Assembly (NCBI GenBank): GCA_963618495.1
Contig: CAVESF010000003.1
Location: 7,190-71,189, forward strand
Origin: Acutalibacteraceae bacterium
GTDB lineage: Bacteria; Bacillota; Clostridia; Oscillospirales; CAG-272
Length of the DNA: 64,000 nt
Reading direction: 5' to 3'
Shown here: positions 18,195 to 28,799 of the stretch, piece after piece
Numbering within the stretch: the stretch's first letter is position 1
Layout of the letters: each line of letters opens with the position of its first letter
Notes under the pieces: generated by a model
What the model was told of the DNA's origin: nothing
What the model saw: the letters and a program-made list of their open reading frames with translations, nothing else
Databases searched by the model: none
Translations under genes and position numbers: made by a program

Positions 18195-19232
18195 ATGAAA
18201 ATAATACTTGATGTTATGGGCGCAGACTATGAGCCTGCCGAAATAATAAAGGGTGCTGTTCTGGCAAGAAGAGAATACGGCACAGACCTCACTCTCGTGG
18301 GCGACGGAAAAATAATCGCCGATACGCTTGCCGCGCTCGGAGAAAATGCGGAGGACTATACCGTGGTCGATGAGCCGTCTTTCATCTCGATGGAAGACAA
18401 CCCCATGCTCGCCGCTTCATCCAGGCATAAGTCGTCCATGGCGACGGCGCTTCGTCTGCTTGCCGACGGAGAGGGAGGCGCGGTTGTCTCCTGCGGAAAC
18501 ACGGGTGCGCTTTTCACGGGAGCTACGCTTATCGTCCGCAGAATCAAGGGAGTCCGCCGTGCGGCACTCGGCATGCTCCTTTGCTATGACGCACCGATAC
18601 TTCTGCTCGACTGCGGCGCAAATGTCACGGTGACGAGCGAATATCTTCTTCAGTTTGCTTATCTCGGCTCGGCATATATGCAGAAAGTTTACGGCATAGA
18701 GCGCCCGAGAATAGGGCTTCTCAATAACGGCACCGAGGAGCATAAGGGTACGCCGCTTATGGTTGAAACGCACAACCTCCTGAAAGAAGCGCAGGGACTG
18801 AATTTTGTCGGCAATGTAGAGGGCAAAGCGATTCCGTTCGGCGTCTGCGATGTGCTTGTCTGCGACGGCTTCACGGGAAATATCATGCTGAAAACGAGCG
18901 AGGGCATTGCCAAATTCGCGATGAAAAAGCTGAAAGAATCTTTCATGGGCAGCTTTTCCGGCAAAATAGCGGGACTTCTTGTCCGCCGGAAAATCAAGGG
19001 ACTTCGCAAATTCTTTGACCCGAGAGAGTACGGAGGCGCACCCTTCCTCGGCATTTCCAAGCCTGTAATCAAGGCTCACGGAAGCTCGGATGCAAACGCC
19101 GTGAAGAACGCTATCCGCCAGGCATCGGCTTATGCTGAGACAGGCGTTATCGACGAGATAGCAAAGAATGCCGAGAGCTTTTCCGCGGCGATACAGACGG
19201 CGGAGAAGAAGCAGGCTTCCGAAAATGCGTAA
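18195..19232 (+). CDS. plsX: phosphate acyltransferase PlsX
   Basis: MKIILDVMGADYEPAEIIKGA..VSCGNTGAL..DGFTGNIMLKT.. are PlsX signatures. 345 aa. Confidence 0.92.
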   Translation: MKIILDVMGADYEPAEIIKGAVLARREYGTDLTLVGDGKIIADTLAALGENAEDYTVVDEPSFISMEDNPMLAASSRHKSSMATALRLLADGEGGAVVSCGNTGALFTGATLIVRRIKGVRRAALGMLLCYDAPILLLDCGANVTVTSEYLLQFAYLGSAYMQKVYGIERPRIGLLNNGTEEHKGTPLMVETHNLLKEAQGLNFVGNVEGKAIPFGVCDVLVCDGFTGNIMLKTSEGIAKFAMKKLKESFMGSFSGKIAGLLVRRKIKGLRKFFDPREYGGAPFLGISKPVIKAHGSSDANAVKNAIRQASAYAETGVIDEIAKNAESFSAAIQTAEKKQASENA

Positions 19233-19278
19233 AACCGCAGAGCAAAGCAATACATAATTTTCCAAAAGGACGGATTCC

Positions 19279-20010
19279 ATGAGTAAAACCGAAAAGTCCG
19301 ACTTCCCGCGGGACAGCCGCGAGCTGGAAGCGATAGTCGGATACGAATTCAAAAATAAAGAATGGCTGAAAGAGGCGCTTCGCCACTCGTCATATGTGAA
19401 CGAGCACAAGGGCAAGCGCGAAATGCAGTCAAACGAGCGCCTTGAGTTTCTCGGGGACAGCGTGCTCTCTGTTATAACAAGCGAATATATTTTTTTCGAA
19501 TATCCGAAGAATCAGGAGGGAGATCTCACCTTTATCCGCCGCACGGTGGTGGACGGAGTTTCACTCTCTTCCTTTGCAAAGGAGATTCACCTCGGCGAAT
19601 TTCTCTATCTCGGAAACGGAGAGCGTATGCGCGGCGGCATGAGCAAGCCGACGATACTGGAAAACGCTTTCGAGGCACTTATAGCCGCAATTTATATAGA
19701 CGGCGGCAAGGAAGCGGCAAAGGCTTTTCTCCTGCCTTTCATCAAGCAGGATATAGAGCAGACGATGAACGGCACCAATATCAAGATGATAGACCCGAAA
19801 ACCTTTCTTCAGCAAGTGATACAGCAAGGCGACGGGGACAGGCTTCACTATGAGATAGTGGATGAATACGGACCCGAGCATGAGAAAACCTTTGTCTGCC
19901 GCGTGCTTCTCAATTCAAACGAGATAGGCAGGGGCGAGGGCAGAAGCAAGAAAGAAGCCGAAAAGGCGGCGGCTCGCAAAGGGCTGGAATATTTCGGCGA
20001 GAGCATATGA
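19279..20010 (+). CDS. rnc: ribonuclease III
   Basis: ..ALRHSSYVNE..NERLEFLGDSVLS.. is the RNase III signature. A C-terminal dsRBD is present (..HEKTFVCRVLLNSNEIGRGEGRSKKEAEKAAA). Confidence 0.92.
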   Translation: MSKTEKSDFPRDSRELEAIVGYEFKNKEWLKEALRHSSYVNEHKGKREMQSNERLEFLGDSVLSVITSEYIFFEYPKNQEGDLTFIRRTVVDGVSLSSFAKEIHLGEFLYLGNGERMRGGMSKPTILENAFEALIAAIYIDGGKEAAKAFLLPFIKQDIEQTMNGTNIKMIDPKTFLQQVIQQGDGDRLHYEIVDEYGPEHEKTFVCRVLLNSNEIGRGEGRSKKEAEKAAARKGLEYFGESI

Positions 20011-21032
20011 AAAAGCATGTAAACATACCCGTTTTCATTCCGCATCTCGGTTGCCCGAATATGTGCGTTTTCTGCAATCAGCGGAGCATATCGGGGACGG
20101 TGCGCTACAACCGCGATGATGTCCGCAAAACGATAGACGAAGCACTTGCCACTGTTTCTCCGGAGCAGGAGGTGCAGATAGCCTTCTTCGGCGGGAGCTT
20201 CACGGGAATAGACAGGGACGAGATGATATACCTGCTCGAAACGGGCTACAGCTATGTAAAAAGCGGGCGTGTCTCCTCCATACGCCTCTCGACAAGACCT
20301 GATTATATAGACGCGGAGATACTCGATATCCTCTCGCGATACGGCGTGAAAACGATAGAGCTGGGACTACAGAGCATGAGCGACCGCGTGCTTGCCGCCT
20401 GCAGGAGGGGACACACGGCGGAGCAAGGCAGGAAAGCCTGCAGGATGATAAAAGAGAGCGGCTTTGAACTTATCGGGCAGATGATGATAGGTTTGCCATG
20501 CTCGACGGAAGAGGACGAGATATACACGGCGCGCGAGATATGCGCGCTCGGAGCGGACGGCGCAAGGATATATCCGACGGTGGTCTTTCTCGATACGGAG
20601 CTTGCCGATATGGCGAAGAGGGGAAAATACACGCCGCTTCCCGTGGAAGAGGCGGCGGCACGCAGCGCATCGGCACTCGATGTATTTGCACATGCCGGTG
20701 TACGCGTAATACGCATAGGGCTTCAGGCAAGCGAGGCACTTGTATCCGGCAAGGGGATATACGGTGCGAGCGAATACCATGAAGCGATAGGCGAGTTTTG
20801 CTACGGTGAGCTTTTCCGCAGGCGGATAGATGCGGCGATGCAGTGTGGCGACTACCGCGGAAAAAGAATAAAAATATCGGTTTCGCCGAGAAGCGTTTCG
20901 CGTGCGGCGGGACTGAGAGCGGCAAATAAAGATTATTTTATGCAAAAATACGGTCTGCGCGGTATAAAAATATCGCCGGACGCGGAAAAAACGGAATTTG
21001 ACTTCGGGATATTGCCCGAAGAGGGAGAATAA
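20007..21032 (+). CDS. radical SAM protein (ELP3/MiaB-like family commonly found between rnc and smc)
   Basis: Has a CPNMCVFCN (CX3CX2C) motif near the N-terminus. Its start overlaps the rnc stop (ATGA). 341 aa. Confidence 0.8.
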   Translation: MKKHVNIPVFIPHLGCPNMCVFCNQRSISGTVRYNRDDVRKTIDEALATVSPEQEVQIAFFGGSFTGIDRDEMIYLLETGYSYVKSGRVSSIRLSTRPDYIDAEILDILSRYGVKTIELGLQSMSDRVLAACRRGHTAEQGRKACRMIKESGFELIGQMMIGLPCSTEEDEIYTAREICALGADGARIYPTVVFLDTELADMAKRGKYTPLPVEEAAARSASALDVFAHAGVRVIRIGLQASEALVSGKGIYGASEYHEAIGEFCYGELFRRRIDAAMQCGDYRGKRIKISVSPRSVSRAAGLRAANKDYFMQKYGLRGIKISPDAEKTEFDFGILPEEGE

Positions 21033-21034
21033 AC

Positions 21035-24000
21035 ATGCGTTTGAAGAAGCTGGAGCTGCAGGGTTTCAAGTCGTTTCCGGACAAGACAACGGTCAATTTC
21101 GACAAGGGGCTGACCGTCATAGTCGGACCGAACGGAAGCGGAAAATCGAATATATCCGATGCGATGCGCTGGGTTCTCGGCGAAATGTCGACAAAGAACA
21201 TCCGCGGCGCAAAGATGGAGGACGTCATCTTTGCCGGCTCGCAGAAGCGCAGTCCGATGAGCTTCGCCGAGGTTTCAGTCACATTTGACAATTCCGCGGA
21301 GAAGGGCAGACTTGCCACAGCCGAGGGCTATGACGAGATAACCGTCACGCGCAGATACTACCGCGCGGGAGAGAGCGAATATTTTATAAACCGCAAGCCG
21401 GTGCGCCTGCGCGATATTCACGAACTTTTTCTCAATACGGGACTCGGCAAGGGCGGATATTCCATCATCGGTCAGGGCAAGATAGCGGAGATAATCTCGC
21501 GCAAAAACGATGAGCGCCGCGCTGTTTTCGAGGAGGCGGCGGGCATCGCAAAATATAAATACCAAAAGCAGGAAGCCATGCGTAATCTCGAGGGGACAAA
21601 CGAAAACCTGACGAGACTCGAGGATATCACGGGGGAACTTAGCGCGCGCATAGGTCCGCTCGAGAGAGAATCGGCAAAGGCAAAGAAATATCTCGAGATT
21701 TACGAGAGAAAAAAGGGGATAGACATCGCGCTCTCTCTCTATGATATAGACGCGGCGAAAAAGCGCTCGGCGGATGTATCCGAGAAGCTGGCGATAGCAA
21801 AGCGGAATCTCGAGGCGTCGGAGGAAAAGCTTGCCGATGCCGAGGCAAGAGAAAGCACACTTGCCGAGAAGCAGAGCGGAAACAGAATAGAAGCCGAGAG
21901 ATTCACACAGGAGATAACGGCGCAGAAAGAAAAACTGCACGAGAAAGAATCCGCGGCGCTCGTCTGCGAGAGCGAAAACGCGCATTTTGCCGAATCGGAG
22001 AAAAACGCGCGCGTAAAGCTCGCCGAGAGCGAAGCCGAGAGGGCTAACACAGAAAAGGAGCTTGAAGCAAAGCGGGAAGCACTCGAAGAAGCGCGGCGAA
22101 AGAAAGAGGAAAAGAAAGAGGAAGCCGACAAGGCGGAAGCGGAGATAGCCGAATACCGTGAGGCGCTTGCCCGCGCCGACGATGATGTAAACGACGCAGC
22201 AAAGAAGAAAGCCGAGCTGGACAAGCGTACCGTCGAAGCGAAGTTGCGTGCTTCCGAGCTTGAGGCGAGAGCCGAGAGCGACGAAAAGAAATACGAAGCT
22301 CTGCGCGAAAGCGCGGAGAAGCACGAGGCTGATATAGCACTCTACTCAGGGCGCATGGAAAAGGCGGAGAGCAAGATTGCCGCCTATTCCGAGAAAGAAG
22401 CGCAGGAGAGAGAGGCACTCGAAAAAGCCGAAAAGAAGAAAGCGGAAGCTGACGGACGGCGCGCGGAACTGGAAAAGAAGAAAAACGAGTATTTTCTCGA
22501 AGCTTCGCAGAGAAAGCACAAGGTGCAGAATCTCGTGCGCATGGAGGAACTGCTCGAGGGCTTTTCCCGCGCGGTGCGCTTCATAGTAAACGAATATTCG
22601 CTGGGGAAGATAATCGGAAGAGACGGCGGAAAGATAACGCTCTACGGTCCTCTCTCACAGCTGATATCGACAGACGAAAAATATTCTGTCGCGCTCGAAA
22701 CGGCGTTCGGTCAGAGTCTGCAGAATATAGTGGCAAAGGACGAACACAGCGCCAAGACGGCGATAGAATATTTAAAGAAAAAGAACGCGGGCAGAGCGAC
22801 ATTCTACCCGATGGACACGATGAAAGGCACGGAAGCCGACGCTGCGACGCTCGGGCTTTCGAGTGGTGAGGGCTTCATTGCCGTTGCAAGTACGCTCGTG
22901 AAATGCGAGGACAATCTGCGCGGGATAGTGAAGAGCATCGTCGGCAGGATAATCATCGCCGACAATATGGACAACGCCGCGAAAATGGCACGGAAGCTCG
23001 CCTATCGCTACAGGATAGTGACGCTGGACGGGCAGGTTATAAATGCAGGCGGCAGCTTCACGGGCGGTTCTTCGGCGACTGAAAGTCAGCTTCTTTCCCG
23101 CCGCTCGCAGATAGACAGGCTGAATGAAGAGATAGCATCAATAGAAAAGGCGGCAAAGGGGGTTGACGGCGAGCTCGCGGAGCTGGCGAAAACCGCGGCT
23201 GATATCAACGCCGAATACGATGCCGCGGCAGGCAGGCTTGCTGCCGTGCGCAAAATGAGCGAAGCCGAGGAGGTTCAGCTCGAGGTGCTACGCTCCGGCA
23301 AGGAAATGCTCGTCTCCGCGCTCGACGGGATAAAAGCCGAGATGAAGGCTCTCAATGAGAGCATGAGCGGATATCGCCGCGATATCGGCGGGCTCGCAGA
23401 GCGAAAGGACGAATTTGATACCGAGGCGGCGCTTCTTGCTTTCAAGGAAAACGAAATAAGCAGTCAGCGCGCTTCGCTTGAGGAAAAGCTTGAGGAACTT
23501 GAGGACAAGCGGAGCGACCTGCTCATAGAACTGGCAAGGGAAGAGACGAATACGGAGCTTCTTGCGTCACTTCTCGAGGCTGTGGAGGCGAAAGCGGAGA
23601 TTTACCGTTCCACCGCGGCTTCGCTTGAAGAAACGATAGCCGAGGCGATAAGAAAGACCGCCGAAAACAAAGAGAAGATAGAGAAATTGAAAAGTGAGGC
23701 GGAGATTCTCTCCGGCAAGCTCGGAGAATACGAGCGCACGAGAGCGGAGCTTGTCTCGGAGGGCGCGGATATAGAGCAGTCGCTGAATTCCGTCCGCACC
23801 TCGCAGAAAAACGCGATGAACGAAAAAGAGCTTGTTTTCCGCGATTATACGAAGCTGGAAAATGACCTCGAAAACGCAAATACGCGTGCCGACGGGCTTC
23901 TCACGTTCCTCTGGGACGACTACGAGCTTACATACGACGAGGCGACAAAGCAATGCGCCGAGCCGATAACTCCGGCGACGCGAGCCGAGGCAGCGGCAGA

Positions 24001-24658
24001 GCAGGCAAAGCTGAAAAATACGCTCCGCTCGCTCGGAAATGTAAATCTGAACGCTATAGAGGAATACAAAGAGGTCAGCGAGCGCTACGGCAAAATGCAC
24101 GAGCAGATGCAGGATCTGACAGCTTCGCGCGAGGCTCTGATGAAGAATATCGCAGAGCTTGAGCAATGCATGTGTACGGATTTTGTTTCGACTATGGAGC
24201 AGATAAATATCAACTTCGGCAAGACTTTCACGGAACTTTTCGGCGGCGGCAGAGCCGAGGTAAAACTCAGTGACCCGGAGAATGTTCTTGATAGCGGAAT
24301 CGATATAAATGTAGCCCCTCCCGGCAAGGTGATAAAGAGTCTTTCGCTCCTCTCGGGCGGTGAGCAGGCGTTTGTCGCGATAGCACTGTACTTTGCGATA
24401 CTCGAGGTGAATCCCGCGCCTTTCTGTATCATGGATGAGATAGAAGCGGCGCTCGACGAGGTGAATGTAGACAAATTCGCGGACTATGTGAAGCGATATT
24501 CCGAGAAAACGCAGTTTGTGCTGATAACGCACAGACGCGGCACGATGGAGGCGGCGGAGAGGCTCTACGGCGTTACAATGCACGAAAAGGGAATATCGGA
24601 TATCATATCAGTCGATGTTTCCGAGATAGAGCACCGCGCTGGCAAGTTGCTTGAATGA
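21035..24658 (+). CDS. smc: chromosome segregation protein SMC
   Basis: 1207 aa. N-terminal Walker A is GPNGSGKSN. Long coiled coils flank a hinge. The C-terminus has [13 protein letters not shown] and Walker [13 protein letters not shown]. Confidence 0.95.
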   Translation: MRLKKLELQGFKSFPDKTTVNFDKGLTVIVGPNGSGKSNISDAMRWVLGEMSTKNIRGAKMEDVIFAGSQKRSPMSFAEVSVTFDNSAEKGRLATAEGYDEITVTRRYYRAGESEYFINRKPVRLRDIHELFLNTGLGKGGYSIIGQGKIAEIISRKNDERRAVFEEAAGIAKYKYQKQEAMRNLEGTNENLTRLEDITGELSARIGPLERESAKAKKYLEIYERKKGIDIALSLYDIDAAKKRSADVSEKLAIAKRNLEASEEKLADAEARESTLAEKQSGNRIEAERFTQEITAQKEKLHEKESAALVCESENAHFAESEKNARVKLAESEAERANTEKELEAKREALEEARRKKEEKKEEADKAEAEIAEYREALARADDDVNDAAKKKAELDKRTVEAKLRASELEARAESDEKKYEALRESAEKHEADIALYSGRMEKAESKIAAYSEKEAQEREALEKAEKKKAEADGRRAELEKKKNEYFLEASQRKHKVQNLVRMEELLEGFSRAVRFIVNEYSLGKIIGRDGGKITLYGPLSQLISTDEKYSVALETAFGQSLQNIVAKDEHSAKTAIEYLKKKNAGRATFYPMDTMKGTEADAATLGLSSGEGFIAVASTLVKCEDNLRGIVKSIVGRIIIADNMDNAAKMARKLAYRYRIVTLDGQVINAGGSFTGGSSATESQLLSRRSQIDRLNEEIASIEKAAKGVDGELAELAKTAADINAEYDAAAGRLAAVRKMSEAEEVQLEVLRSGKEMLVSALDGIKAEMKALNESMSGYRRDIGGLAERKDEFDTEAALLAFKENEISSQRASLEEKLEELEDKRSDLLIELAREETNTELLASLLEAVEAKAEIYRSTAASLEETIAEAIRKTAENKEKIEKLKSEAEILSGKLGEYERTRAELVSEGADIEQSLNSVRTSQKNAMNEKELVFRDYTKLENDLENANTRADGLLTFLWDDYELTYDEATKQCAEPITPATRAEAAAEQAKLKNTLRSLGNVNLNAIEEYKEVSERYGKMHEQMQDLTASREALMKNIAELEQCMCTDFVSTMEQININFGKTFTELFGGGRAEVKLSDPENVLDSGIDINVAPPGKVIKSLSLLSGGEQAFVAIALYFAILEVNPAPFCIMDEIEAALDEVNVDKFADYVKRYSEKTQFVLITHRRGTMEAAERLYGVTMHEKGISDIISVDVSEIEHRAGKLLE

Positions 24659-24695
24659 GAAGCAGGCAAGAAAAATAACGAAAGGGCAAAACAAA

Positions 24696-25613
24696 ATGGG
24701 ATTTTTTGAAAAACTGAAAGCGGGTCTGGCAAAGACAAAAAACTCGTTTTTCGGAAAGATAAACGGCATATTCAAGAGCTTCAGCCGCATAGACGAGGAT
24801 TTGATGGACGAGCTTGAAGAGGCACTGATAACAGGCGATGTCGGCGTTGAGACGACGGAGGAGATTCTCGATGAGCTTCGCTCCCGCATAAAGGAAAAGA
24901 AGCTGAATGAGCCGGAAGAGGTGAAAGCAGAGCTTTTTGACATACTGCGCTCTCTCATCGGCGATGGCGAGCCTATAGCATATGAAGATGGCAAGCTGAC
25001 CGTTGTGCTCGTTGTCGGCGTAAACGGCGTCGGCAAGACAACCTCAATTGCGAAGATGGCGAATGTTTTCAAGAGCGAGGGAAAGAAAGTCCTGCTTTGC
25101 GCGGCGGATACATTCCGCGCGGCGGCGATAGACCAGATTGGCATCTGGGCGGACAGAATAGGCGTTGAGCTGATAAAGCAGAGCGAGGGCTCCGACCCCG
25201 CCGCCGTGGTTTTCGATGCCGTTCATGCGGCAAAGAAGAGAGGCGCGGATGTTCTGATAATAGATACCGCGGGCAGACTGCACAATAAGAAAAATCTGAT
25301 GACGGAACTGGAAAAGATAAACCGCGTTGTGGACAAGGAGCTTCCCGACTGCCTGCGCGAGACGATTCTCGTACTCGACGCCACAACAGGGCAGAATGCC
25401 GTGATTCAGGCACGCGAATTCAAGGATGCGGCGAATATTACGGGCCTTGCGCTGACGAAGCTGGACGGAAGTGCCAAGGGCGGCATAGTTTTCTCGGTCA
25501 AGCGTGAACTCGGCATCCCGATGAAGTTTATCGGAGTTGGCGAAAAGGCAGACGACCTGCAGCCTTTCAATGCGGATGAATTTATCGAGGCGCTCTTTGC
25601 GGAAGAGGCATAA
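24696..25613 (+). CDS. ftsY: signal recognition particle receptor FtsY
   Basis: [11 protein letters not shown].. then [20 protein letters not shown] and [10 protein letters not shown] (SRP GTPase motifs). The track start at 24651 is possible but overlaps smc. Confidence 0.9.
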   Translation: MGFFEKLKAGLAKTKNSFFGKINGIFKSFSRIDEDLMDELEEALITGDVGVETTEEILDELRSRIKEKKLNEPEEVKAELFDILRSLIGDGEPIAYEDGKLTVVLVVGVNGVGKTTSIAKMANVFKSEGKKVLLCAADTFRAAAIDQIGIWADRIGVELIKQSEGSDPAAVVFDAVHAAKKRGADVLIIDTAGRLHNKKNLMTELEKINRVVDKELPDCLRETILVLDATTGQNAVIQAREFKDAANITGLALTKLDGSAKGGIVFSVKRELGIPMKFIGVGEKADDLQPFNADEFIEALFAEEA

Positions 25614-25615
25614 GC

Positions 25616-26221
25616 ATGAAAAAGATAGCCGTAGCATCAAACAATAAGCACAAGATTGAGGAAATGCGCGCGATTCTCTCCGGTATATACGGGGATGAGA
25701 TAGAGGTAAAAAGCCTCTCGGAGATAGGCTTCTCGGGCGATATCGTCGAGGACGGAGATACTTTTGAGGCGAATGCCGCGATAAAGGCGAGAGCCGCGGC
25801 AAAACTCGGATATATAGCGATAGCAGATGATTCGGGACTTTGCGTGGACGCGCTGGACGGTGCTCCCGGGGTTTATTCCGCGAGATTTGCGGGCGAGCCA
25901 TGCGACGATAAGAAAAACAACGACAAGCTGCTCGATATGATGAAAGATATTCCCGAGGAGGGGCGCGGCGCGAAGTTTGTTTCCGTTATCTGCTGTGTGA
26001 CGCCGGGGGGCGAGGTCGTGAGCGCACGGGGAGAATGCTCCGGCAGAATCCTCTTTGAGCGGCACGGAGGAGGCGGCTTCGGATATGACCCGCTTTTCTT
26101 CTGTGAACTCGGCAAGACTTTTGCCGAGCTTACTCCGGAGGAGAAAAACAGGATAAGCCACAGGGCGAGAGCAATGGCGAATTTTGCCGAGGCTGTGAAA
26201 AAGACAAAAATTTTTGATTAA
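25616..26221 (+). CDS. rdgB: dITP/XTP pyrophosphatase (RdgB/HAM1 family)
   Basis: ..ASNNKHKIEEM..EDGDTFEANA..ADDSGLCVDAL.GAPGVYSAR..GGFGYDPLF.. are HAM1 signatures. Confidence 0.9.
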   Translation: MKKIAVASNNKHKIEEMRAILSGIYGDEIEVKSLSEIGFSGDIVEDGDTFEANAAIKARAAAKLGYIAIADDSGLCVDALDGAPGVYSARFAGEPCDDKKNNDKLLDMMKDIPEEGRGAKFVSVICCVTPGGEVVSARGECSGRILFERHGGGGFGYDPLFFCELGKTFAELTPEEKNRISHRARAMANFAEAVKKTKIFD

Positions 26222-26241
26222 GGATATATTAAGGAAAAAGT

Positions 26242-26538
26242 ATGATTACAAGCAAGCAGAGAGCGTATTTACGCGGACTTTCAAATAATTACGACACTAT
26301 ATTTCAGGTCGGCAAGGGCGGCATCACGGAGAATATGACGGAGCAGATAGGCAATGCCCTCGAGGCGCGCGAGCTTATCAAGTTGCGCGTGCTCGACAAC
26401 AGCGAATACGGTGCGCGTGAGGCGGCTGATATAATCGCAGAGAAAGTCGGCGCCGATGTCGTAAGCGTCGTAGGTTCGAGATTCGTGCTTTACCGCGAAT
26501 CCGAAAAGCATAAGAAAATAGATATTTCTTCTATATAA
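26242..26538 (+). CDS. yhbY: YhbY/CRM-domain RNA-binding protein
   Basis: MITSKQRAYLRGLSNNYDTIFQVGKGGITENM..LIKLRVL.. is the typical YhbY pattern. 98 aa. Confidence 0.85.
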   Translation: MITSKQRAYLRGLSNNYDTIFQVGKGGITENMTEQIGNALEARELIKLRVLDNSEYGAREAADIIAEKVGADVVSVVGSRFVLYRESEKHKKIDISSI

Positions 26539-26552
26539 AAGCGGAGGGCAAT

Positions 26553-27188
26553 ATGACCGAAAATGTGCTGACGCGTCTGAAAGATACAGCGTGTATGTGC
26601 ATGAGCGAAAAACGATATGCGCATACGCTCGGAGTATATCGCGAATGCGAATATCTGGCGGATAAATGCGCGCTTTCGCAAAAGGAAAGAGACGATCTGT
26701 TCACGGCTTCGCTGCTCCACGATATAGCAAAGCAGCTACCCGTTGACAAGCAGAAAAATATATGCATGCGCCATGGTGCCGATATCAGCGGCGCGACGGA
26801 AGCGACACTGCATCAGCTTTCGGGTGCGGAATATGCGCGCGAGCTTCTCGGCTCCGATATAGTAAACGATGCCGTGTATTCTGCAGTAAGCAAGCATACC
26901 ACAGGCGGCAGTGTGATGAGCCTGACAGATAAACTGCTTTTTATCGCCGATTATACGGAGGCGGGGCGCACTCATGAAATATGCCGCAAAATGAGGGAAT
27001 ATTTGCATGAAAACTGTGAAAAAATAGTAGAAGCCGAAGAAGTGCGGCGCTTCATCACAAGATTTGCGCTGATGCTCACAGACAATACCGAACAATATCT
27101 CGCATCTACCGGCGCGGAAAAGGACCCGCGCATGGACTATGCGAGAGCGACTCTTGAAGCGGAAATAAAAACGGCAAAGGAGAGTTGA
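26553..27188 (+). CDS. yqeK: HD-domain protein YqeK (bis(5'-nucleosyl)-tetraphosphatase family)
   Basis: ..RYAHTLGVYRECEYLA..ASLLHDIAK.. is an HD motif. It sits in the expected position before rsfS. Confidence 0.8.
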   Translation: MTENVLTRLKDTACMCMSEKRYAHTLGVYRECEYLADKCALSQKERDDLFTASLLHDIAKQLPVDKQKNICMRHGADISGATEATLHQLSGAEYARELLGSDIVNDAVYSAVSKHTTGGSVMSLTDKLLFIADYTEAGRTHEICRKMREYLHENCEKIVEAEEVRRFITRFALMLTDNTEQYLASTGAEKDPRMDYARATLEAEIKTAKES

Positions 27189-27192
27189 AAAT

Positions 27193-28374
27193 TTGGAAAA
27201 CAACAGTTATGACGGATATATACGGCGGAAGATGAAAAAGCAGAGGACAGGCACGGTGCTTCTGTGCGCACTGCTGATAATCATATTTTCCGCGATAACG
27301 TTTGCGGCGGCTTATTTCATATTTTTCCGCCCGAATGTTTCACCCGATGTTCCTTTTATAAATAACGGCACCACGGGGACAGACGAGGCAGGGCAGGTGA
27401 TAGTCGATACGAGCGGTCCCTATGCCAGAAAGAGCGGATATTATACCTTTCTGATAGCGGGGCTGGATGACGCGTCTCTCAATACGGATGTTATGATGCT
27501 GATATCGCTCGATACGGAAAACCACAGGATAAATATACTCCAGATACCGCGCGATACTTTTGTAAACAAGTATGTCGGCGGATACAGCTATGTAAACTCC
27601 GTAAACGCCATGTACAGCTCGGCATATCATTCATACAAGGTGCCGGCAAAGGGAAGTATCTCAGATGAATCGTATGAAACCATAGCGAAAACGGCAAGGC
27701 TCGAAGCCATGCGCGATGTCTGCTCGCGGCTTGAAAAAAGCCTGTGCGTGAAGATAGACAGATTCGTACTGCTAGACACGGCGGCTTTCCGCGAGATAAT
27801 AGATTCCGTCGGCGGAGTGGAATTTGATGTTCCTTTCGATATGGATTACGACGACCCTGCGCAGGATTTGCATATCCATCTCAAGGCGGGCAAGCAGATA
27901 CTCGACGGAGCCAAAGCGGAGCAGTTTATCCGATTCCGCAAGGGCGAAAAATACAGCTATCCCGCGGGAGATATAGACAGAGTGGATGCGCGCGCCGACT
28001 TTATGCGCGCGGCACTCTCGCAGGTGAAGAGCAAAGTCGGTTTTTCGCTGATATCGCAGATAATCAAAACCGTATCAAACGACCTTGACACCGATATAAA
28101 AATCGAAGAAGCAATTTATTTTGCCAAGGAAGCCTACAAGGTTCCCGACGGCAATATCACGATAAAGACGATAGGCGGCACGGTGCTCCAAAATCCTGCG
28201 ACGGGCGTATGGAAATATTACTGCCTTAACCGCGATGCGGCGATATTTGACATAAACAAATATATGAACGTATTCACGCGGCAGATTGACGCGGAAATAT
28301 TCGATACGGCGGGATTTTTCACAAATGCAAGCGACGCCGAATACAGCTATATAAACGACTATTATAATTCATAG
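27193..28374 (+). CDS. LytR-CpsA-Psr (LCP) family protein
   Basis: N-terminal TM anchor. ..YTFLIAGLDD..NTDVMMLISLD..INILQIPRDT.. is the LCP core. The start is TTG 27193, or ATG 27232 as an alternative. Confidence 0.8.
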   Translation: MENNSYDGYIRRKMKKQRTGTVLLCALLIIIFSAITFAAAYFIFFRPNVSPDVPFINNGTTGTDEAGQVIVDTSGPYARKSGYYTFLIAGLDDASLNTDVMMLISLDTENHRINILQIPRDTFVNKYVGGYSYVNSVNAMYSSAYHSYKVPAKGSISDESYETIAKTARLEAMRDVCSRLEKSLCVKIDRFVLLDTAAFREIIDSVGGVEFDVPFDMDYDDPAQDLHIHLKAGKQILDGAKAEQFIRFRKGEKYSYPAGDIDRVDARADFMRAALSQVKSKVGFSLISQIIKTVSNDLDTDIKIEEAIYFAKEAYKVPDGNITIKTIGGTVLQNPATGVWKYYCLNRDAAIFDINKYMNVFTRQIDAEIFDTAGFFTNASDAEYSYINDYYNS

Positions 28375-28382
28375 GAGGCATT

Positions 28383-28760
28383 ATGGAAAATAATGAAATC
28401 ACCATGCTCACGGAAGCCGATTCCGAAACTTTGGCAAGAGAGATAGTGAAAATTCTCGACGACAGAAAGGCAAAGGATATAAAGCTTCTGCGTGTGAGCG
28501 ACAAAACCGTGATGACGGATTATTTCGTTATCTGCACGGGTAATTCCAATACTCAGATAAAAGGTATCGCGGGAGAGCTTGAATACAAGCTCTCCGAACG
28601 CGGAGTCACTCCTATCCACACCGACGGATACGACTCGGGCAAATGGATAGTCCTCGATTATGCTCATGTGATAGTCCATATCTTCTACGGCGAGGACAGG
28701 GATTTCTACAAGCTGGAGAAGCTATGGGGAGACGCTACCGAAATACCTACGCAAATATAA
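28383..28760 (+). CDS. rsfS: ribosome silencing factor RsfS
   Basis: ..MTDYFVICTGNSNTQIKGIAGELE..GKWIVLDYAHVIVHIF..RDFYKLEKLWGDA is the RsfS/iojap signature. Confidence 0.9.
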   Translation: MENNEITMLTEADSETLAREIVKILDDRKAKDIKLLRVSDKTVMTDYFVICTGNSNTQIKGIAGELEYKLSERGVTPIHTDGYDSGKWIVLDYAHVIVHIFYGEDRDFYKLEKLWGDATEIPTQI

Positions 28761-28799
28761 TGAAACATATACACCTTTGAAAGGGGACTTGAAATAAAG

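Noticed and set aside
19233-19278. Expected acpP (and fab genes) between plsX and rnc, as in many Firmicutes.
   Set aside because: The gap is only 46 nt with no ORF. This is simply a lineage difference in synteny, not a hidden gene.
28761-28799. T-box leaders upstream of leuS, gltX (46479-46505) and the metG-like gene (48174).
   Set aside because: The intergenic gaps are 39, 27 and 1 nt, far too short. These genes are evidently co-transcribed with the upstream genes.
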